Translations under genes and position numbers: made by a program | Assembly (NCBI GenBank): GCA_964415055.1 | Contig: CAYPZD010000005.1 | Location: 903 to 64,902, forward strand | Direction of reading: 5' to 3' | DNA length: 64,000 bases | Source of the DNA: an uncultured Verrucomicrobiota bacterium | GTDB taxonomy: Bacteria > Verrucomicrobiota > Verrucomicrobiia > Limisphaerales > AAA164-E04 | Notes under the pieces: model-generated | What the model was told of the DNA's origin: nothing | The model's database searches: none | Seen by the model: the letters and a program-made list of their open reading frames with translations, nothing else | Shown: piece by piece, positions 46,591 to 57,200 of the stretch | Position numbering within the stretch: position 1 is the first letter of the stretch | Layout: each line of letters starts with the position of its first letter

Positions 46591-47607
46591 CTATGCCTCC
46601 TCGGCCTGTTTTCGCTCATCCCTGCGCGCCCAAACACGCGAAATCAACACACTCAACTCATAAAGCAAGTGCAACGGTAATGCCATCAAAATCAGGGTAA
46701 ACGGATCACCTGTCGGCGTCAAAAACGCACAAATGGTCAAATTGGCGATCACCCAATAGGGTCGGAAGGTATTGAGTTTCTTATAATCCAGGAATCCGAT
46801 TTTAACCAAGGTCAATAACACCACCGGCAACTGAAAACTCAAACCCATGGCCAACATGAATTTGATCACAAAGGTCATGTAGTCGCGGGCATTCCATTCG
46901 TCTGCAGAAAATCCAAGCCAGTTTGAAAATTGTACCAGTGCAAGAATGGCAATTTTCATCATGACAAAGTAGCAGAAAAGTATTCCCAGAATAAACAAAC
47001 CGACACCGAATCCGGTCGTCTGGTAAAGGAATTTCTTCTCGTGGATCCTGAGCGCAGGGAGGATGAACTGTCCCAGAAAAAAGAAGACAAATGGAGCCGA
47101 AATCACCAATCCTCCATAAAGCATCAAATGGAATGCAACCAGAAATCCATCGACGGGCTTGTAGTTTTTCAGACGATCGCGCAGAGCGTTGAGAGGGTTC
47201 TCCGTGCTGGGCTCCAGACTGAGGAGTATTCGATCATCTTCCTGAATAGGAACAAGCTTCAAGCTGTGCACTTCATCCAGGTTTTCGATTTGAATGGTAT
47301 TGGTGAGTGAAAGAATGGAAATATTCGCTATCCGGGTATCCCCTAAAGTCAATCCTACAAGATGATTGCTGTTCAACTTTTGGATTTCAGCTTGTTCCAG
47401 CGGTGCTTTGAGGATCGCGATGATGTTGTCCAGCATGGAAAAACACACCACCATGCTGACAATGACGGCGACCATGCACTTGATCAGAGTCCATCGTAGA
47501 TCTTCGAGATGTTCCAGGAAGGTTTTAACCGGGCCGCCACCTTCTGCCTCATCCCATTCCTGATCCACGACGAGCTCATCGTTGGGACGAGGCTCTTCTT
47601 CGCTCAT
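46591..47607 (-). CDS. tatC: twin-arginine translocase subunit TatC (long form)
   Basis: FLEHLEDLRWTLIKC start, six hydrophobic helices, FLTPTGDPFT motif; 338 aa owing to a long first periplasmic loop. Confidence 0.9.
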   Translation of the reverse strand: MSEEEPRPNDELVVDQEWDEAEGGGPVKTFLEHLEDLRWTLIKCMVAVIVSMVVCFSMLDNIIAILKAPLEQAEIQKLNSNHLVGLTLGDTRIANISILSLTNTIQIENLDEVHSLKLVPIQEDDRILLSLEPSTENPLNALRDRLKNYKPVDGFLVAFHLMLYGGLVISAPFVFFFLGQFILPALRIHEKKFLYQTTGFGVGLFILGILFCYFVMMKIAILALVQFSNWLGFSADEWNARDYMTFVIKFMLAMGLSFQLPVVLLTLVKIGFLDYKKLNTFRPYWVIANLTICAFLTPTGDPFTLILMALPLHLLYELSVLISRVWARRDERKQAEEA

Positions 47608-47638
47608 GTGGGGTCAATCGGGTACGAGAACCGCGGCT

Positions 47639-47971
47639 TCAGGCCTTGGACGTATCGGCGGCTTCTTCCTTACCGGGAGCTGCGCTGCCTTCGCCTGTTT
47701 CAGATTCCTGGGGAATAGGTGCCGGTTCGGCAGCCTTGCGAGGAGGCGCCGAAGCAACGGAATCCTCTTCCATGGCCTGGTGGAGGTCTTGTTGGACGTC
47801 CTTGGTGGCCTTTTTGAATTCTTTAATTCCCTGACCAAGCCCCTTGGCCAGCTCTGGCAATTTTTTGGCGCCGAAGAAAATGAGAATGACGACGAGCAGA
47901 AGGATCACTTCAGGACCCTGAAGACCGCCAATCAACGCAAATTGAGAATGAAGATACAACATATGAAACAA
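47639..47971 (-). CDS. tatA: twin-arginine translocase subunit TatA/E
   Basis: GPEVILLLVVILIFFGAKKLPELAKGLGQGIKEFKKA is the canonical TatA TM plus amphipathic helix. Start may be a few codons downstream. Confidence 0.9.
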   Translation of the reverse strand: MFHMLYLHSQFALIGGLQGPEVILLLVVILIFFGAKKLPELAKGLGQGIKEFKKATKDVQQDLHQAMEEDSVASAPPRKAAEPAPIPQESETGEGSAAPGKEEAADTSKA

Positions 47972-48067
47972 TTCGTTAAATCATCCCGATTGAAAATGAG
48001 CAAAGCAAGATCAAAGTAACATGATCAAACCAGCAATCAACCGGCTTTTGGGTACGACATTTGTAAG

Positions 48068-48694
48068 TTACTGAAGCAGGACGAATTCGCCGCGTCGGTT
48101 TTTCGAATAAGCTGACTCGGTATCACCATCGACAGCAGGCTTGTCTTCACCCCAGCTTTCAGTCGTGATTCTGGAGGAAGCAATGCCTTCCTTGACCAGA
48201 ACATCCCGCACGGACAAGGCCCGGCGCTCGCCCAAGGTGCGATTGTACTCCTCGGTGCCACGCTCATCACAATGTCCTTCGATGCGAAGCTTCGCGGCGG
48301 GTGTGTCCTTGAGGATGTTCGCCACGGTGATGATTTTAGGCAACTCGCTGGCGTTGACGTTGTAACGATCGAAATCGAAATAGACGGTCGAAGTTTCAAG
48401 TCGTGTTTCCGCTTTGTCCGCGAAATCACTCAGATTCTCCGGAAGGGTATGACCATCTCCGTCCTCAAACTCAGTGCCTTGACTGAAATTATTATTATCA
48501 AAGCGATTCCCGCCGCCCAATCCATTATTGGGACTGGTCATCATGTCCCCGGCAGGGCCATCATCAATCCCGGTTCCTGATGTTCCTGATATGGGTATGG
48601 GGGTCAGGCCTGGCTTGGTCTTTTTGCAGCCAACGGCAATCACGGCCAAGGTGACCGCCAGAGTGAGTCGGATGAATACGGTCGGTAAATTCAT
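48068..48694 (-). CDS. pal: peptidoglycan-associated lipoprotein (OmpA-like domain)
   Basis: Lipobox AVGC from ATG 48694. VYFDFDRYNV...RIEGHCDERGTEEYNRTLGERRA OmpA-C motif. Confidence 0.9.
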   Translation of the reverse strand: MNLPTVFIRLTLAVTLAVIAVGCKKTKPGLTPIPISGTSGTGIDDGPAGDMMTSPNNGLGGGNRFDNNNFSQGTEFEDGDGHTLPENLSDFADKAETRLETSTVYFDFDRYNVNASELPKIITVANILKDTPAAKLRIEGHCDERGTEEYNRTLGERRALSVRDVLVKEGIASSRITTESWGEDKPAVDGDTESAYSKNRRGEFVLLQ

Positions 48695-48734
48695 GTTCTT
48701 CTTCGGGTATTGATTAAGGTTAAAAATTGACGCC

Positions 48735-49937
48735 TCAGCGCGCCCAACTGGGCTGTGATTGCTCTCCGGCGGTTTGTCGAATATCCTTGACGCGTTTCGT
48801 TGGAACGTCAAGCAAAGACAATGTCTTCCGGCGGTTTTTCTCACGCATAAAGACTAGATTACGCGAATTTGGAGCCCAACAGGGATCTTCCCCGGCAAAC
48901 AACGGGGTTGCTTCGCCACCGGAAGATTCCACCACACAAATGGTTCCTCTCCCTCCAATCACCGATGTGAAAGCAATCCACTTTCCATCAGGTGACCAAT
49001 CCGCTTCGGTAATACTTCCGCCGATCGATCCGGTGCTCACTCGACGCGCTGTTCCCCCGGTGGCAGGTATGGTATAAAGACGAACGCCGCCCCGGGCGGA
49101 TGAGGTGAAACAAATCGACTGCCCGTCGTGAGACCAGGTCGGACAAGCTTCTTCTTCACGCGAAGTCGTCAGACGAACCACCCCCGAACCATCCTTGCGG
49201 GCGACATAAAGGTCGGGACTCCCGGCTTTGCTGAGGATCATGGCCAGTTTTCGACCATCGGGCGACAGGGCAGCACTGGTGTTGAGACCTGTATTGCGGG
49301 TGATGCGCGCGCGATTTCCTGATCTCAAGTCATGGGATACGATGTTGGGGCTCCCCACTTTGTAGGATGTATAATAGAGGCCCAGTTCCCCCGGAATCCA
49401 GGTTGGAGCGGCCACATTGGACCGGTCATTGGTCACCATACGGGCGTTGTAGCCATCAAAATCCGAAACAAAAATTTCCCAATGTCCGTTCACTTTCCCA
49501 CGAAAGGCGATGCGCGTATGCCCGATACCATCGGTTCCAAGCACTGTTTTGACCACATCATTTGATAAACTGTGCGCCCGATTGCGTTCATCACCGGCGT
49601 CATAGCCGCGAAAAAACAAATTCCGACTGCTACCTGAATCCTTAAGCCGTCCTTCGAGTTTGGCCCGGCCACTGGATCCCAATAATTGGAACGTCGCCTC
49701 ACTGGCCGGCACAACGATGAATCCCTGGATTTCCAAATCATACCGGAGGATGCTTGTTGTCGTGCTGGTAAACCCACTCAAGCTGATGGGGATTTTCTCG
49801 CCTTTGCGGGAACGATCAATATTCAGGGGATCGGGCTGAGCCGTAAGCCCCAGGATGAAACAGGCCAGGAGCGACCAGACAACACCTGCCTGAATGCGTG
49901 CTAATGGGTTTGTAGCATGATAGGGTCGGAAAAACAT
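48735..49937 (-). CDS. tolB: Tol-Pal system beta-propeller protein
   Basis: Signal peptide from ATG 49937. Repeated SPDG/WSPDG propeller motifs (ALSPDGRKLA, PTWSHDGQSICF, DWSPDGKWIAF). Confidence 0.9.
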   Translation of the reverse strand: MFFRPYHATNPLARIQAGVVWSLLACFILGLTAQPDPLNIDRSRKGEKIPISLSGFTSTTTSILRYDLEIQGFIVVPASEATFQLLGSSGRAKLEGRLKDSGSSRNLFFRGYDAGDERNRAHSLSNDVVKTVLGTDGIGHTRIAFRGKVNGHWEIFVSDFDGYNARMVTNDRSNVAAPTWIPGELGLYYTSYKVGSPNIVSHDLRSGNRARITRNTGLNTSAALSPDGRKLAMILSKAGSPDLYVARKDGSGVVRLTTSREEEACPTWSHDGQSICFTSSARGGVRLYTIPATGGTARRVSTGSIGGSITEADWSPDGKWIAFTSVIGGRGTICVVESSGGEATPLFAGEDPCWAPNSRNLVFMREKNRRKTLSLLDVPTKRVKDIRQTAGEQSQPSWAR

Positions 49938-49953
49938 GGGAAGAGATTGAGTA

Positions 49954-50853
49954 TCAGTTGATGTTAAAGTTAATGGTGAATGTTCGGTCGGAAAGTGATG
50001 CGCCTGCCGGCGGGGCATCCGGAATGCGGGTCACGCGATCCAGCAACCGCCCAATGGATTGATCCAAAGAAGCCACTCCGGATTTTTTGACTACTTTGGC
50101 GGAAACAATGGAACCATCGGTCCCCACCACCACACGGACCTGAACCGTTGCATTGCGATTGGAAAGGTTTTCTGACTGTGTCCACCGCCGATCATATGCA
50201 GCCTGCACTTTAAGTCCGTAATTACCCAGAGCACTGCCTAATACCGTGGTGACTCCTTTGAATTGACTGCCTCGACCCACGCGCTCAATTCTGCTTGGGT
50301 CAAAGTCGGCCGCCGGACTGCGCCGGGGGGGTGCGGGATTCACCTTTTTAACAGGCGGAGTATTCACAGCGGGCTTCGCGGTGTTCTTTTTGATGACGGT
50401 ACTGATCTTGATAACCGGTTTTTTGGGTTTCTTGGGCTCTTCCTTTTTCGAAATCGTGTTTTCTTTGGGCAGTTCCTTCCTGGGCTGCTTGACCGGTTCC
50501 GGTTTGGGCTCGGGTTTGACCGGCTCCGGTTTCACGGGTTCAGGGATGACAACCGGCTCAGGCTCAGGCTCAGGCTCGGGTTGTTTGACGGGTTCGGGTT
50601 CAGGTTGTTCAAGCTCGGCTGGAGGTTGAACGGGTTCCGCAACAGGTTCGGGTTCGAGCTGGGGCTCTCCTTGAACATCGGCCGGATCATCGAACAACGA
50701 TTCAATCACTGACGACGGCATCATGTGGAACGGCTCGATGTCCTGCTTGATTGGCTTTGTCGGAAGGAATCCGGCGCCAAATACAAGCGCCACCAGCAGG
50801 ATCAGATGAAGTCCTGCCGAAGCAAAGATGCACTGTTTGTTGAGTCGACTCAT
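49954..50853 (-). CDS. tolA: TolA/TonB-like energy-transducer (Pro/Glu-rich linker, TonB-C domain)
   Basis: N-terminal TM from ATG 50853, long (E/K)P repeat linker, C-terminal VQVRVVVGTDGSIVSAKVVKKSG TonB-C-like fold. Position between tolR and tolB. Confidence 0.8.
   Translation of the reverse strand: MSRLNKQCIFASAGLHLILLVALVFGAGFLPTKPIKQDIEPFHMMPSSVIESLFDDPADVQGEPQLEPEPVAEPVQPPAELEQPEPEPVKQPEPEPEPEPVVIPEPVKPEPVKPEPKPEPVKQPRKELPKENTISKKEEPKKPKKPVIKISTVIKKNTAKPAVNTPPVKKVNPAPPRRSPAADFDPSRIERVGRGSQFKGVTTVLGSALGNYGLKVQAAYDRRWTQSENLSNRNATVQVRVVVGTDGSIVSAKVVKKSGVASLDQSIGRLLDRVTRIPDAPPAGASLSDRTFTINFNIN
50555..50578. repeat. hexanucleotide tandem repeat (GGCTCA x3 + GGCTCG) inside tolA linker
   Basis: Encodes the EPEPEPEP stretch on the minus strand. 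Confidence 0.8.
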
Positions 50854-50855
50854 GG

Positions 50856-51269
50856 TTATTGGCTCAATTCGTTTTTGAAATATATATTGTGCAATCCCAG
50901 TCCTTTGGCTTGGTCGAGCACTTTGTAAATATGCTCCCAAGCTGCTTTCATATCCCCCCGGATGACAAGCACCAAGTTGGGATTCTCCCCGAAGGACCGG
51001 GCCAGATCGGCCTGAAGCGCTTCCATGGAAACAGGCTGGGTTTCTATGAAGTAATTGCCCGCCGGATCCACCTCCACGGTCTTAAGATCCCGTTTCTCGG
51101 GCGCGTGATCGGCGACCTGCCCTTTGGGGAGCTGCAACTGGAGTCCCTGCTCCATCAACGGCGTCGTGATCATGAAAATAATCAACAGCACAAAGGCAAG
51201 ATCAAGCAGCGGCGTGATGTTGATGTCGCTGAGCGTCACGAGTGCCGTTTTTTGTGTGTATCGTCGCAT
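50856..51269 (-). CDS. tolR: ExbD/TolR-family biopolymer transport protein
   Basis: INITPLLDLAFVLLIIFMITTP TM with conserved Asp; 137 aa. Confidence 0.9.
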   Translation of the reverse strand: MRRYTQKTALVTLSDINITPLLDLAFVLLIIFMITTPLMEQGLQLQLPKGQVADHAPEKRDLKTVEVDPAGNYFIETQPVSMEALQADLARSFGENPNLVLVIRGDMKAAWEHIYKVLDQAKGLGLHNIYFKNELSQ

Positions 51270-51296
51270 GTCGTATTTAGGCCTTAAAAACGTTTG

Positions 51297-51590
51297 TTAA
51301 AATGAAGTGAACACGAAGTACAAAAGTGCCAGCAGGATCAGATAAAAGATCAACTGGGGCACTTTGCGCCACAGTTTCTGTAAAAATGTTTCCTTGGATA
51401 CATCCCGATGGTGATGGTTGTTTTCGCCACATGTCGGACACAGGTCCAGGAAGCGCGCGAACTTCTGACGACACTTCCGGCAAATGAGATGCAAATGACC
51501 GCCACACGACCGGCATTTATTCCGGTTCGCTTCGTTCTGGGCACTGCATTTGCCACATTGTATGTGCCCGGTGTTGCTGTTTCCTCCCAT
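51297..51590 (-). CDS. double zinc-ribbon protein with C-terminal TM anchor
   Basis: Four CxxC pairs (CGKC, CRSC, CRKC, CPTC), then LIFYLILLALLYFVF. Packed between tolQ (25-nt gap) and tolR (27-nt gap). Confidence 0.65.
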   Translation of the reverse strand: MGGNSNTGHIQCGKCSAQNEANRNKCRSCGGHLHLICRKCRQKFARFLDLCPTCGENNHHHRDVSKETFLQKLWRKVPQLIFYLILLALLYFVFTSF

Positions 51591-51615
51591 TGCGGCGGGT
51601 TAGTGATTCCTGTTA

Positions 51616-52332
51616 TCATTCGTCAGGGATGTATTCAGTCTCCATTTTGGAAGCGAGCTCCTGGGCGAAATTATCCATTTCCACGCTGAGCACCCTGATA
51701 TTATGGACCAACCAGTTGTAACCGAACATCGACGGAATCGCGACCAGCAGGCCGGCAACCGTCGTGACCAAAGCCCCGGCCACACCGGGCGCAATGGTGG
51801 TCAACTGCGCATTTTGTTGACTTGCCACGCTGGCGAACACGCTCATCACCCCCCACACCGTCCCCAGCAAACCAAGAAAAGGAGCACCGCTCACCGCGAT
51901 CGCCAGCAGAATCAAACCCGACTCCAACCGGAGTGATTCCTGAGCCACTCCCCGTTCCAGGGCACGTTTGACGTGTTCCATGGATTTGAGAGAGATCATG
52001 TCTTCGTCTTTCCCTCCCTTTTCTTTGTGATGCCGCTGACAATCGGATAATTCACGATTCCCCATGGCATAAATCGTATAGAGCGGACACCCATCAACCT
52101 GGATGTTTCGCTTGAAAATATCCATCAGGCTCTTTTGTTGCCTGAACTCCTGATCAAACAGACGATTCAGCTTTCGTGCACGACGGATCTGCATCGATTT
52201 GGCCGCCATGACGGACCAGGCGAAAATGGAAAACAGGACAAGCACGATGATGATCGCCTTGCCTTCCGGGCGCGCCTCGCTCCATACATACAGGAATTCT
52301 ACCTGCCCTTCTGCCAATAGGATTGGAATCAT
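51616..52332 (-). CDS. tolQ: MotA/TolQ/ExbB proton-channel protein
   Basis: Three TM helices, GAPFLGLLGTVWGVM and TTVAGLLVAIP motifs. Confidence 0.9.
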   Translation of the reverse strand: MIPILLAEGQVEFLYVWSEARPEGKAIIIVLVLFSIFAWSVMAAKSMQIRRARKLNRLFDQEFRQQKSLMDIFKRNIQVDGCPLYTIYAMGNRELSDCQRHHKEKGGKDEDMISLKSMEHVKRALERGVAQESLRLESGLILLAIAVSGAPFLGLLGTVWGVMSVFASVASQQNAQLTTIAPGVAGALVTTVAGLLVAIPSMFGYNWLVHNIRVLSVEMDNFAQELASKMETEYIPDE

Positions 52333-52519
52333 TTGTAAACCGTTGAAAAACCGGAACTGTTCAAAGGGACTAACCTAACACAAATCGAGACTCGTTTCAA
52401 AAAATATGGTGAGAATCATTTGAATCGACGAAGAATCGTCACCGTACATTCACGGTTATTTGATTGAACTTATTGGAAAGGACCGCGATAAATCGGAGGA
52501 CACAAACCAAGCAGATCGA

Positions 52520-53389
52520 ATGATGAATACTCAACACCTCCCGCGTTACTTTCGAAACTCGTTTTCATCCGTAAGGGTGTCCGGAGCTTTGTTCACCCTA
52601 TTTGTCTATACCATCATGCCGACCAAATTGGATGCAGCAACCCCCTCGATCGTCGCTCACCGAGGCGCGTCCCACGCAGCCCCTGAAAACACCTTGCCCT
52701 CAGTCCTGCTGGCCTGGAAAGAACGTGCCGATGCCACGGAAGTGGATATCCACCTCACCAAGGACAATCAGGTCATTGTCCTGCATGACAAAACCACGGG
52801 CCGGACGGCAGGCACCGACATGAAGGTTGCCGATGTCAACTATGAGGACCTGAAGCCACTTGATGTCGGCACTTGGAAATCGGAAAAGTATCAGGGCACC
52901 CGGATCCCCCTGCTCAAGGACATCCTGGCTCACATCCCCACAGGCAAGCGTATCTTCATTGAGATCAAATGTCCCAGCACGGTGCTGCCTCATCTGGAAA
53001 AGGTCGTGCGCAACTCCGGGCTTTCAGCGGAACAAACCGTTTTCATCGCTTTCGACTGGGACACCATTCGCCTGACCAAAGAGCGGTTTCCGGATTGCTC
53101 GTGTTTCTGGTTATCGGGGTTCAAACAGAACAAGGAGACACGCAAGTGGGAGCCACAACCGGAAGAGGTCCTTCAACGGGCCATCGACGCCAAAGTGGAT
53201 GGAGTGGATGTTCATCATGGAGGTCCCGTGGATCGTCGGTTTGTCGAATCGGCCAAATCCAAAGGACTCGAAGTGCATGTTTACACGGTGAACGACCCAT
53301 CAGACGCAAAACGCATGCTGGAAGCGGGAGTGAACGGTATCACAACCGACCGGCCTGCCTTCATGAAAAAGACCTTGGAATTGGATTAA
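52520..53389 (+). CDS. glycerophosphodiester phosphodiesterase-family protein
   Basis: IVAHRGASHAAPENTL, EVDIHLTKDNQVIVLHD and FIEIK GDPD motifs. Start taken at ATG 52520. Confidence 0.85.
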   Translation: MMNTQHLPRYFRNSFSSVRVSGALFTLFVYTIMPTKLDAATPSIVAHRGASHAAPENTLPSVLLAWKERADATEVDIHLTKDNQVIVLHDKTTGRTAGTDMKVADVNYEDLKPLDVGTWKSEKYQGTRIPLLKDILAHIPTGKRIFIEIKCPSTVLPHLEKVVRNSGLSAEQTVFIAFDWDTIRLTKERFPDCSCFWLSGFKQNKETRKWEPQPEEVLQRAIDAKVDGVDVHHGGPVDRRFVESAKSKGLEVHVYTVNDPSDAKRMLEAGVNGITTDRPAFMKKTLELD

Positions 53390-53414
53390 GAGCTTGGACA
53401 AGAATCCAGGGCTC

Positions 53415-54203
53415 TCAAGCCATGGCAGGTGTGATGCGCACCGGGATTCCTTTGGCGCCGAGGAAGGTCTTTACATCTCCCACTGTGTATTCCCCAAAAT
53501 GGAAGATACTGGCAGCGAGCACCGCATCGGCTTTGCCCTGTTCGAGCACTTCCGCCATGTGCTCCAAATTGCCCGCGCCGCCACTGGCCACAATGGGAAC
53601 CGAAGTGGATTCACTGATTCTCCGGGTAATCGCCAAGTCATAGCCCGCTTTGGTGCCGTCCGCATCAATACTGTTGAGCACAATCTCACCCGCCCCAAGC
53701 TCGACGGCGCGACAGGCCCATTCAACGGCATCCAGGCCCGTGTTTTTGCGACCGCCGTGCGAGAACACATCCCATCGATCATCGCCCACTTTTTTGGCAT
53801 CGATGGACACCACAATGCACTGGCTTCCAAATTTTTGAGCACCCTGTCCAATCAGTTCAGGATTTGAGATGGCAGCGGAATTGATACTGACCTTGTCGGC
53901 CCCCGCTTTCAGCATCACGGACATGTCTTCCAGGGTGCGAATCCCCCCACCCACGGTCAAAGGCATGAAACAGCAGTCGGCAGCACGCTCGATGACATCC
54001 ACCATGGACGCTCGGGCATGGGCGCTGGCGGTGATGTCAAAAAACACCATCTCATCCGCTCCCTGGTCATTGTATCGGAGCGCCAGTTCGACCGGGTCCC
54101 CCACATTGCGCAGCTCACCCGCTTCAGCACGGCCAAACTGCACTCCGCGGGTTACTTTACCATCATGCACATCCAGGCATGGAATCACACGTCGTGCCAA
54201 CAT
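53415..54203 (-). CDS. hisF: imidazole glycerol phosphate synthase cyclase subunit
   Basis: [28 protein letters not shown] and ASGGAG motifs; 262 aa. Confidence 0.93.
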   Translation of the reverse strand: MLARRVIPCLDVHDGKVTRGVQFGRAEAGELRNVGDPVELALRYNDQGADEMVFFDITASAHARASMVDVIERAADCCFMPLTVGGGIRTLEDMSVMLKAGADKVSINSAAISNPELIGQGAQKFGSQCIVVSIDAKKVGDDRWDVFSHGGRKNTGLDAVEWACRAVELGAGEIVLNSIDADGTKAGYDLAITRRISESTSVPIVASGGAGNLEHMAEVLEQGKADAVLAASIFHFGEYTVGDVKTFLGAKGIPVRITPAMA

Positions 54204-54276
54204 GCATCCGGCATACCCGAAGCACGATCCGTTTCACAGCTAAAAAGCAAATTGGGATCAGAAAGATGCCGGGTGC

Positions 54277-57200
54277 TCATTCGGCCATCTTGCGCACCGC
54301 TACGCGAAAACCACGATCACTTCCAGCTTCCAGGGGCGACTGTCTGAATCGATAAGCGGAACGACTGTTTCTGGCGTCAAAGAGGTAACTGCCACCCCGC
54401 AAAACACGTTCGGTGCCATTGAGAGGTCCACTGGGGTCAACTATTGTGCCGCCCGGATATTGATCCGCATACCAATCCGAACACCACTCCCAAACATTAC
54501 CACTCATATCATGTAACCCCCAATTATTGGGAAGTTTTTGAGCAACGGGTTGGCTCCTGGCCGCGCTGTTCACAACGTACCAGGCATAATCACCCAACTT
54601 GGTGTAACTCAGATCTTCACCGTAATAAAAAGCAGTTCCGGGCAACTCGGATGGCTGGGCCCGGCAAGCATATTCCCATTGAGCCTCGGTCGGTAAAGCG
54701 CATACATAACCTTACATCAACAATTCCTGACCGTTCGCCTGCCGGGTTAACCATTCACAATAAGCGACAGCCGCAGACCAATTGATGTGCACCATGGGTT
54801 GTTGGCCGTCTGAACCAAACGCATTTCCCCTCAACGAAAACTGGGCATCATCATTGATCGGACAGTCAGCCGCCGAAAAGTTCACCCCCGTCTTGTCCCC
54901 CCCGTCGAGCAGGTATTGACGAAATTGGTCAATGGTTACTTCGGTCTGCCCCAACCAATAATGATCATTGATGGTCACTGTGGTTAATGGCCCCTCATTG
55001 GCGGTGCGATCCAATTCGGTAACCGGACTCCCCATCACAAAAGTCCCTTCCTTGATAGGCAATAAGGTCATTTCCTGTCCGGAAATGAAGATGGGATTGC
55101 CTGGCTGAAGAGGATCAGGTTCCGTAGTGGGTGTTAATACATTAAATCGCCAAACGGCACCTTCTCTGGAAGCATCATCATTGCGGGCAACAACTTTCCA
55201 GTACCAAATCCCTTCCGTCAGAGGCACATCAACAGCCCAATTGGGTTCCGTTAGCCCGGACGCAACTTTCGTTGTTGGAGTTGGATTATCCTTATCCAAA
55301 TAAACATCGTAGCTGGTTACTGGAGTAGAGGCGGTCCAATCCAATTGCTCCAGCAACTGATTGGTAAAGTATGCGGCATTGTTGCCTGGAGACACATTGG
55401 CAAATTCTCCGGGTGTCTTGGTGCGGATGTTCAACCCATTTAAACGCCAATCCGTGCTTCCCGTAGTCTGCCAATCGTCCCCCAGGGTTTCAACCATGAC
55501 GGCATCATGATACTGGCCTACATCTGAAAATGTCTGATTCCACTCAATCTCCATGGTTTCTCCCGCAGCAAGGGTCGCAGTGGCCACTTGAGCAGGCCCT
55601 TGAACCTTACCGCCGGCAGGATCGGTCGCATACACGTACCAAACCCGAACCTCTTTGGCTTCTCCGGATGGATTCTTAACTCGGGAGCGAACCTGAAAAG
55701 GGTCGTTCTGCTCCAACTCCAATACAGCTGAACCGGTAACAGGATGAATCAATTCCGTATCGAGAATAAAAGGCTGATTTCGACGAATCGACCAATCATT
55801 GTTCCCTGAATCCAATGAAATGGTCAACTCAGCCCAAAATTCTGAAGTATCCCAACGATTCTCCGGGTGATGGAACACTTTGACGTCATGATCGCCCGGG
55901 AACAGGTTTGGCACTTCCACCGTGGAACTCTGCACCGGGTAGGTCTGACCGGATATAAGCCAGGTCGAATTACTTACATTGCTGAGCGATCCATCGTCCA
56001 ACCGTAGTCGGCCAATGAAATGTGCGTCGGGTATTTCGGAAGGCGATTCCTTGCTGACCAAAGCCCTGTAAAACTGGATCGGGAAAGCCTGCTTGTCGCC
56101 CACGAGTACGTCGGACAGCCGGAATGTCGACTCTTGAATATTGAACGGACCTTTGATTGCCGGGTCTGAAAAGGTCAGTTCATTGTCTTGCTGGATGTAC
56201 AACGTGGTCCCGGCCACCAGGTTCTCAACCAAAATGTCATCACCGGCAACCATCAAGCGAGGTGCTGGCAAAGGAGCTTCGGCTTGTTCGCCGATGCGCC
56301 AAAGGATCACTCTGCCTGATGTGTCGGCACTGAGTATTCTACTGGCATCCTGACTGACATCCAAACTGATGATGGGAGATAAATGCCCTTCAGCGACACG
56401 AATATCGGTCGCGCTGTCCTGAGTGCGAATGGTGATTTTCCGGTCGACACCGGCTGTGGCATACCAATCCGTACCGGGAATCCACTCGAGATCCCATACC
56501 CCTTTCAGCCGGGAATCGATCTGATAGATGGGCGCAGGGTTGTTAGTGTCATGCAAGAAGACTTCGCCAAAATCATTGATCACCGCAAAGTGGGAATCAT
56601 CCGGTGAGAAATCCAGTCCTTCAACATTTTTGGTCTGGGCAAATCCCCCCAAAGGTGCGCCATTCGCAGCATCCCACAAAAAAGTGATATTACCATTACC
56701 GGTTAATAATTTATCACGACCGTGGGAAAACCGAACATCGGAGGGAGGTGTGACCCCTCCTGTAAAACTAATGTCCTCCAGACCGCTCTCCATATTCCAA
56801 ATCACCACCTTATGATCCGCGCTCACACTGGCCAACCTGAGGCTGTCATCCGAAAAATCCAGACCATTGATCACATCCTTTTGCTCCGTGAACTTGCCCA
56901 ATGAAAAGTCCGCAACCCCGGACCATAACCAGACATCATGATCATCGCCAGCAATGGCCATCCAATTGCCATCCGGAGTGAACACACCATGGGTATAGGT
57001 CACACCCGTCTCACCAAAGGTTCGAATACGCTCTCCGGTTGCCGCATCCCAGTGAATGACAAACCCTTCACCGAAGGTAATAAAAGACCTGCCGTCAGGC
57101 GCCAACGCAGCCCCGAGTATACTGCCTGTTTCCCATTGTTGAAGTTCGACGGGAGTCGGTATCTCCTCGGCAGCTTCCTGAGAAATGCTTTTTAAAGGAG

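Noticed and set aside
1637-54714. Two genes (blaR1 remnant at 1637-1639, WD40/FGE gene at 54712-54714) both contain an in-frame TAA followed by open frame. I considered TAA recoding or reassignment.
   Set aside because: Confidently identified genes end at TAA at family-typical lengths (for example argC at 10321-10323, HU at 16968-16970, gltX at 19446-19448). The sequence after 1639 has no BlaR1-like features. A general reassignment is not supported.
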